From assembly GCA_016927655.1 (NCBI GenBank), contig JAFGMG010000005.1, forward strand, positions 11,991 to 75,990: a stretch of DNA of 64,000 nucleotides. The letters run 5' to 3'. This document shows, piece after piece, positions 58,148-64,000 of this stretch. Positions within the stretch are counted from its first letter, which is position 1. Each line of letters starts with the position of its first letter. The notes under the pieces were generated by a model, which was given only the letters and a program-made list of their open reading frames with translations, was not told the origin of the DNA and made no database searches. This DNA comes from Candidatus Dojkabacteria bacterium. Lineage in GTDB: Bacteria > Patescibacteriota > Dojkabacteria > B142 > JAFGMG01. A program made the translations under genes and the position numbers.

Positions 58148-59867
58148 TTTTTGATAATTCCCAGATAATAGGCCTGCCGTGCGGGCAGGAATAAGGTTTT
58201 TCGCAAGCGAAAAGTTGTTTGATCATAGTTTCGACTTCTTCCTGATGCATTTTTCTGCCGGCTCTGATGCTTGAATGGCAGGCAAGAGTGGCTACAATGA
58301 GATGCAGGACTTTTTTATTATTAATTTCCAGCAGTTCTTCGCATAAGACCTCTTCAATAAAGCCTGCAAAATCAAAATTTTTAAGAATTGCGGGTTTTTC
58401 GGCGAGTTTTACTGTGTTTTTGCCGAATGGCTCGAGGATTATGCCCAATTTTTCGAATTCCGGCATTTTTTCTTTCAGGCTGTTAAATTCTGCTGGAGTC
58501 AGCTCTATAGTTTCCGGGGTGAGCAGTGCTTGGGTTTCCAGGGCTTTGTCTGAATTTATCTTTTTCATGATTTTTTCATAGTTGATCCGCTCGTCTGCTG
58601 CATGCTGGTCGATAAAGAGCAGTTTCTCTTCTCTTTCTATGACGATGTACGTATTGAAAAACTGAGCTGCTTTAAAGCTGTCAAATTTCAGCGTGTCTTT
58701 TTTAATATTTTCATCAGACTCAAGCAGGGCTCTTGAAAAATTCAAACTTCCCTGGATAAAATTTGGTGTGTTATTTGGAGAGCTTGGTCTATAGCTCCTT
58801 CTTCGTTCTGAAAGTCTGGAATGTAGACCTTGAGGGCTGTAATTCATATTCGGCTGCTGAGAAAATTGCTGTTTCACGGTATCCTTCATACTTGATGATA
58901 AAGCGTGTTCTACTGCATGTTTCACGGCGCTGAAGACACTATTTGTATTCCCGAATTTCACCTCAAGTTTTCTTGGATGTACGTTCACATCGACTGATTC
59001 GGGATCGAGCTCCAGGAAAATAAAGAATGCCGGATATCTTCTTTCGGGATGTGTCGAGTGAAACGCATCTTCGACGGCCTTTGTTATTAAATTTGAACTG
59101 ATCGGCCGATTATTCAAAAATATAAATTGTGCACTTCTGTCTCTCCTTGCCTCTTCGGGCTTTGAGAGTAAGCCTGTTATTTTTATCTGGGGAGCATCGT
59201 ATGTGATCCTTGCTAATTTATCTTTGTATCGTCCTCCCCAGATGTCGAATATTCTTGTTTCGAGGGAATTGGTGCTTGGAAAATTATAAACTAGTTTATC
59301 ATCGGCAAAAAGTTTGAAACTAACTGCCAGATTGGCGAGAGCATGTCTTATGAAGATGTCTGAAATATGCTTAAATTCAGTACTATCCGAGCGCAGGAAT
59401 TTTTTTCGCGCTGGAACGCGTCCAAAAAGCTCTTGGACTTTGATAGTAGTCCCCTTCTCTATCTTGCCGGGACGGATTTGCTGCCTTTGATTCAAAATTT
59501 CTACCAAAGTAGAATCTTTTAAATTCCCTGTTTCCAATAATATGTCTGCAACTGCTGAAATACTTGAAAGTGCTTCGCCTCTAAAACCGAGAGTGATAAT
59601 TTTGCTCAAATCCTCCTCGTTAGATATTTTTGAAGTTGTGTGCTGCTCAAATGCAAGTTCTGCGTCCTCAAGGCTCATGCCGGAACCATTGTCTCGAAGC
59701 TCGATCAAAGCCCGGCCGGCTTTCTGAATATAAAGCTCCAGGCTTGTCGATCCGGCGTCAAGGCTATTTTCTATAAGTTCTTTGACTACAGAAGCCGGCC
59801 TTTCGACGACCTCTCCTGCGGCAATTTTTGCGACCAATTGTGGTGATAATTTGTTTATTTTATTCAT
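58110..59867 (-). CDS. mutL: DNA mismatch repair endonuclease MutL
   Basis: IAAGEVVERPASVVKELIENS, GFRGEAL, DVNVHP, DQHAADERINYE, ACH, CPHGRP. Confidence 0.97.
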   Translation of the reverse strand: MNKINKLSPQLVAKIAAGEVVERPASVVKELIENSLDAGSTSLELYIQKAGRALIELRDNGSGMSLEDAELAFEQHTTSKISNEEDLSKIITLGFRGEALSSISAVADILLETGNLKDSTLVEILNQRQQIRPGKIEKGTTIKVQELFGRVPARKKFLRSDSTEFKHISDIFIRHALANLAVSFKLFADDKLVYNFPSTNSLETRIFDIWGGRYKDKLARITYDAPQIKITGLLSKPEEARRDRSAQFIFLNNRPISSNLITKAVEDAFHSTHPERRYPAFFIFLELDPESVDVNVHPRKLEVKFGNTNSVFSAVKHAVEHALSSSMKDTVKQQFSQQPNMNYSPQGLHSRLSERRRSYRPSSPNNTPNFIQGSLNFSRALLESDENIKKDTLKFDSFKAAQFFNTYIVIEREEKLLFIDQHAADERINYEKIMKKINSDKALETQALLTPETIELTPAEFNSLKEKMPEFEKLGIILEPFGKNTVKLAEKPAILKNFDFAGFIEEVLCEELLEINNKKVLHLIVATLACHSSIRAGRKMHQEEVETMIKQLFACEKPYSCPHGRPIIWELSKNELEKNFKRTGF

Positions 59868-60761
59868 GAGAAGATGCGATTCTTTAGCAATCAGTATAGC
59901 ATAATCTACACTTTAGATAGAAATTCTAGTTTGGGTATACCCCGCTATTTGTCCCTCTGTGTAGTGCTTTTTTGGATGTAGACAAAGACTAGATAGTGTG
60001 TTGTTGAGTAATAAAGCATATATTGATCACAAGGCCTATAGTTTTCATAAAAAACGCTTTAGAATTATTGAGAGAATGGAAATAATTTTTTTTACTAGGA
60101 ATTAATAGAAAACAGCATGTGGGATATATTGTGCTGTATTTGTTGAAGTTATTAGAGCTATCTATTATATACAGCTCTTAAATTGGTAACTATTCTATAA
60201 TCGTTAGTAATAGTTTATTTTGCAGGCATTGAAAGTAAATATGCAACATTGACGAATGTCAATATTTCCGACTTGATTTATCTGCAAGGCATTGAAATTT
60301 TATAATTTTGTTATTTTAAACAGGCGGGCTTTAGGAGGGCAAAGTATACGGACTTTCAGTAGTAGCCTCAGATTAGTGCCAAGTCGAGAAGCTTATAGTT
60401 TAAATTTCTGCCATTTTGAGCTTAAAGGCAGAATTCCGGGGTTTTTATAAAAGTAATAGTGAATTTTTTCAGTAAATGAGAGGTATTTTTAAATTTTAAA
60501 AATTTAAAATAGAAAAATCTTTGGCTATAATGTAGCGAGTGTAAAAATCTGATAAAACTATACCGCAAATTTACCGGCACAAAATATTGCTTGTGTAAGA
60601 GTTAGCTGAATTTTCAAAGAGCCGGCAGACTAGTTTCCAGCAGTAAGCAGCGACTGACAAATTTTAGTAATTACGAGTAAATATCTAGATCAATTTAGGG
60701 GCGTGTTTATCTGCTCATAAAAGCGTGGAACGCAAATACAGCAAGGGCAATTGTAGACAGA

Positions 60762-61820
60762 TTAGAATTCGCCGAGCAAAAATACCTCGCTTTTTGGCTC
60801 AATTCCAAGCTTAGCAACTGCTTCCTTTTTGATCAGTTCCATCAGCTCAACCACATCTTGAGCTTTTGCTCCTCCGGTATTTTCTATGAAAGCAGCATGT
60901 GCTTCGGAAATTTTTGCTCCTCCAATTTGCTTTCCTTTCAAATTTAGCACTCTATCTATAATGTAGCCCCAACTAGTTGATTCTAGACCTAGGCGCTCTT
61001 TTTCTTCATTAGAAATATTCTGCCAAACGCATCCTGCAGATTTCTGGGGCTGCAATTTTTTGCGTCTTGTCCATTCTACATAGACTTGTTTGGCTTTTTC
61101 TTTATCTCCTTTTCTCAAATTGAAGTCTGCTGATAATATTAAATCGTTTTCTTCATGAAAAATTGAGTAGTCATAGTCAAATTTACATTCACTATTGGAA
61201 AGCCATCTTGTCTCTAGGCTATCTTTGTCTAGAACCTCCACTCTATCCACGTATTCTGCTAGATAATGTGTGCCGCCGTGAATATTATTGAAAATTGCGC
61301 CCCCTATGGTGCCTGGAATGCCTCCGAACCATTGAAGTCCGGTTATGCCGTTCCTGATAAGATTCATAATCGTTACAGGCAGCGATGCCCCTGATTCGAT
61401 ATTTACTTTCACTATCGGGGCATCTGATTCGTCATAATCGAGGTCTTCGAATGTGTAGAGCTTATCTTTATCAATTTCATCAAGACGTGGTTCTGGAACG
61501 TCTGCAGTTTCAATCTGGCTAATTTCAATATTCTCCTTCTCTGAAATGGCAATATTCCCTGCGCTGTTTTTGATCACTAGGCCGCGAATTCCTTTATCAG
61601 CAATCAAGACATTGCTTCCCCATCCGATGATTGTATATGGAACTTTGAGTTGAATGGCAAGGGTGACAGCGGCCTTTAACTGCTGGGAATTCTTTATCTC
61701 GCTAAAGATATCTGCAGGTCCGCCAATTTTATACGTCGTATATGGAGCGAGAGGTTCATTTTCTTTAAATTCTATTCCAAGCTCAGCGAGTTTTGTTTTT
61801 AATTGTGCAATATTGTCCAT
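60762..61820 (-). CDS. murB: UDP-N-acetylenolpyruvoylglucosamine reductase
   Basis: TTYKIGGPA, GSNVL, GIPGTIGGA, SAGCVW.N, GGAKISEAHA.FI.N. Confidence 0.95.
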   Translation of the reverse strand: MDNIAQLKTKLAELGIEFKENEPLAPYTTYKIGGPADIFSEIKNSQQLKAAVTLAIQLKVPYTIIGWGSNVLIADKGIRGLVIKNSAGNIAISEKENIEISQIETADVPEPRLDEIDKDKLYTFEDLDYDESDAPIVKVNIESGASLPVTIMNLIRNGITGLQWFGGIPGTIGGAIFNNIHGGTHYLAEYVDRVEVLDKDSLETRWLSNSECKFDYDYSIFHEENDLILSADFNLRKGDKEKAKQVYVEWTRRKKLQPQKSAGCVWQNISNEEKERLGLESTSWGYIIDRVLNLKGKQIGGAKISEAHAAFIENTGGAKAQDVVELMELIKKEAVAKLGIEPKSEVFLLGEF

Positions 61821-61864
61821 TGGGTATATGTTAGCCTGAGACATAACTTTTAGCAAGGAATTTC

Positions 61865-63775
61865 TTATTTCAAAACGGCCTTGATCCTTCTGATTCCTGC
61901 TCCGCTGCTTTGCTCTTTGGTAATTTTAAATCTACCGTCTTTACCGTCAGGGCCTGATCTTGCGAGTTCTTTAGTATTTCCCACATGTGGGCCGCCGCAG
62001 AATTCCTTGCTGAAAATCTGCCCTGTTTCAGGGTGCTTTATAAAGTAAACGCTTACAAGATCGCCATATTTTTGTCCGAATTCCATTTCAGCACCAATTT
62101 CCTCTGCTTCCGTCTTTGGCATTGTCTTTTTTTCTACTGTCCAGCCTTCATCTATTTTTTCATTTACGATTTTTTCAACTTCCAGGATTTGCTCAGGGGT
62201 TAATTTATCATTATGTGAAAAATCAATTCTGAGCCTTGCATTTGTAATATTGCTACCTCTTTGCTTGACGTGATTGCCAAGGACTTGTTTCAAGGCTGCA
62301 AGAAGTAGATGATGTGCGGTATGAAGTCTGGTTGTTTCATCACTGTGATCGGCAAGTCCGCCCGTAAATTTCTGCTCTGCCCCTGTACGGGATTGTTCTT
62401 GATGAGATTTTCGTGCCTTCTCAAAGTCCAGCTCGAATTTTTCTGCATCTTTTTCTGGAACTCCGAGCTCCTCTACTATCATTTCAAGTGGGAACCCGTA
62501 TGTTTCATAGAACCAGAATGCCTTTTTGCCATCGATTTCTTCTCCTCTTCCCCTAATTTTTTCAAATTCATTAAGTCCTCGCTCGAGCGTCTTTCTAAAT
62601 TTTATTTCTTCTTTGTCGATTTCATCATATATAAAGCCTTCGTTTGCTTTGAGGTGCGGATAAATATCGCTCATGTGTTCCACGATTGTTTCAGCCAGAA
62701 TTCTCGTAAAATTACTTTCCAGCTCTAAAGATTTGCCGTATCTGACTAGTCTTCTGATAAATCTTCGCAAAATGTATCCTTGATCTTTGTTTGATGGTAT
62801 AACGCCATCAGCAAGTATGAATGTTGCTGCTCTGCTGTGATCGGCCAATATTCTAAAACTACGTGTGTATTCATTTTCTGTGCCGTTTGCATTTTTGTAT
62901 TCTTTCCTCGAAATCTCTCTGATTTTGTTTAAAAGCGGCTCGTAGATATCGGTTTCAAATATATCTCTTTTTCCCTGGACGCACATTGTTACTCTTTCCA
63001 ATCCTCCGCCGTAGTCGATATTGTGTCTATTCATTTTTTCCCATTTCATGTCTGAATTTAGTTTGTATTCCATGAAGACATTATTCCCGATTTCTAAAAA
63101 CCTTCCAGAATCATCGTTGATGTGATATTTATCTTGTTTGCGTTCGATAATTCCAGTGTCGTAGAAAATCTCGGAAGAGCTGCCACCAAGTTCACCAGGA
63201 GCTTCCGCTCTCTGCCACCAGTTGTCGGATTTACCATATGGAAAAATTCTTGCTTTGTGATTCTTACCAGCCTCTATATCTTTTGGAATAGCTTCTATGT
63301 TTTCTGAAAATTCTGCCTCAATACCATATTCTCTAAAGGCTTTCTTCCAGATCTCGATTGCTTCGTCATCTCTAGGGACAAGCTCATCTCCGCCCCAAAC
63401 TGAAACGTATAATCTATGTGGATCTAGGCCAAGCTCTTTGACATGAAATTCTAAAATCCACGGAATTTGTTCTTTTTTGAAGAAGTTATTTAGCGACCAA
63501 TTCCCGATCATTTCAAACATTAGAGTATGCCTATTGTCACCAACTTCGAGCATTTCGTCATATTTAGTTCGCAGGCAGCGTTGAATATTTACCAGCCTTT
63601 CCCCCAATGGATGCGGCTCTCCGCCTAAGTAGTTTGCCAGCTGGAACATTCCGGAATTTACAAAAAGCAGCGTAGGGTCATTTTGAGGTACTAATGGGAC
63701 ATCTGGCAGAATTACGTGACCCCTATCAAGCCAGAATTTTATATATTTATCGCGAATTTGTTTGGAAGTAAGCAT
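61865..63775 (-). CDS. alaS: Alanine--tRNA ligase, short form lacking the C-Ala domain
   Basis: DPTLLFVNSGM, FEMIGNWS, GGGLER, ADHSRA, GYILRR, editing motifs HTAHH and EFCGGPH. Confidence 0.95.
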   Translation of the reverse strand: MLTSKQIRDKYIKFWLDRGHVILPDVPLVPQNDPTLLFVNSGMFQLANYLGGEPHPLGERLVNIQRCLRTKYDEMLEVGDNRHTLMFEMIGNWSLNNFFKKEQIPWILEFHVKELGLDPHRLYVSVWGGDELVPRDDEAIEIWKKAFREYGIEAEFSENIEAIPKDIEAGKNHKARIFPYGKSDNWWQRAEAPGELGGSSSEIFYDTGIIERKQDKYHINDDSGRFLEIGNNVFMEYKLNSDMKWEKMNRHNIDYGGGLERVTMCVQGKRDIFETDIYEPLLNKIREISRKEYKNANGTENEYTRSFRILADHSRAATFILADGVIPSNKDQGYILRRFIRRLVRYGKSLELESNFTRILAETIVEHMSDIYPHLKANEGFIYDEIDKEEIKFRKTLERGLNEFEKIRGRGEEIDGKKAFWFYETYGFPLEMIVEELGVPEKDAEKFELDFEKARKSHQEQSRTGAEQKFTGGLADHSDETTRLHTAHHLLLAALKQVLGNHVKQRGSNITNARLRIDFSHNDKLTPEQILEVEKIVNEKIDEGWTVEKKTMPKTEAEEIGAEMEFGQKYGDLVSVYFIKHPETGQIFSKEFCGGPHVGNTKELARSGPDGKDGRFKITKEQSSGAGIRRIKAVLK

Positions 63776-63844
63776 AATTTGTCCGCTTCTTTAAATAACA
63801 GGCTAATTCTAGCCCAAGACTGCATTTCCGGCAAGCACGATTAT

Positions 63845-64000
63845 TTAGAACCTCACAGGATAGCTTATCTGGTTGTCGTTTTCGATTAAGCCTGAAGGAT
63901 TTTCCTTGAGCAGGTATAATTCGCCGTAAATTTCACCTGCTGGAGCAGTAAATGTAAGTGTACCCTCATATTCGACCAATTCTTCACTCATCCAGTCAGA
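63845..64000 (-). CDS. 3' end of a Gmad2 Ig-like domain protein (partial, runs off the window)
   Basis: Hand translation ...SDWMSEELVEYEGTLTFTAPAGEIYGELYLLKENPSGLIENDNQISYPVRF*; DWM...K.NPSGL..N...PV.F pattern. Confidence 0.7.
   Translation of the reverse strand, partial: SDWMSEELVEYEGTLTFTAPAGEIYGELYLLKENPSGLIENDNQISYPVRF

Noticed and set aside
936-63307. Many short antisense or nested ORFs in the six-frame track
   Set aside because: They are shadows of well-supported genes on the other strand or frame, with no independent motifs
1-64000. CRISPR array, rRNA, IS/transposase, reverse transcriptase/DGR, integron attC array
   Set aside because: No regularly spaced repeats, rRNA signatures, or DDE/RT motifs were found by eye

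Overview
This is a chromosomal segment from a small-genome bacterium using genetic code 11 (TGA is a stop, e.g. the pilT/pilC ATGA overlap). Gene content suggests a Patescibacteria/CPR organism, possibly Dojkabacteria/Microgenomates-like, which is an inference. The cues are a PilQ-less type IV pilus cluster, truncated AlaRS and HolB, few Shine-Dalgarno sites and large surface proteins. The backbone genes are a Xer recombinase, gyrBA, holB, the pil cluster, rpsP, rnc, nusB, rpmF, rsmD, uppP, recG, PBP1A, pheST, rplT-rpmI-infC, thrS, clpP, mutL, murB, alaS, tRNA-Ser(UGA) and tRNA-Val(GAC). Five signals stand out. (1) An island between thrS and infC holds a candidate anti-phage operon (MazG-like pyrophosphatase, GIY-YIG/DUF2075 helicase, stand-alone GIY-YIG, and a nonsense-interrupted PUA/EVE-like gene), a restriction-modification N-terminal remnant, macro-like and GNAT-like ORFans, and a 33-bp direct repeat. 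(2) The ThrRS has altered zinc/threonine-binding residues but intact editing motifs. (3) A symmetric 11-6-11 dif-like site lies just upstream of the single Xer gene. (4) There are two promoter-hairpin-terminator units that look like small RNAs. (5) Surface proteins include tail-fibre-like, Cys-rich and LPxTG-anchored types. All calls were made by eye from motifs; no database searches were run.
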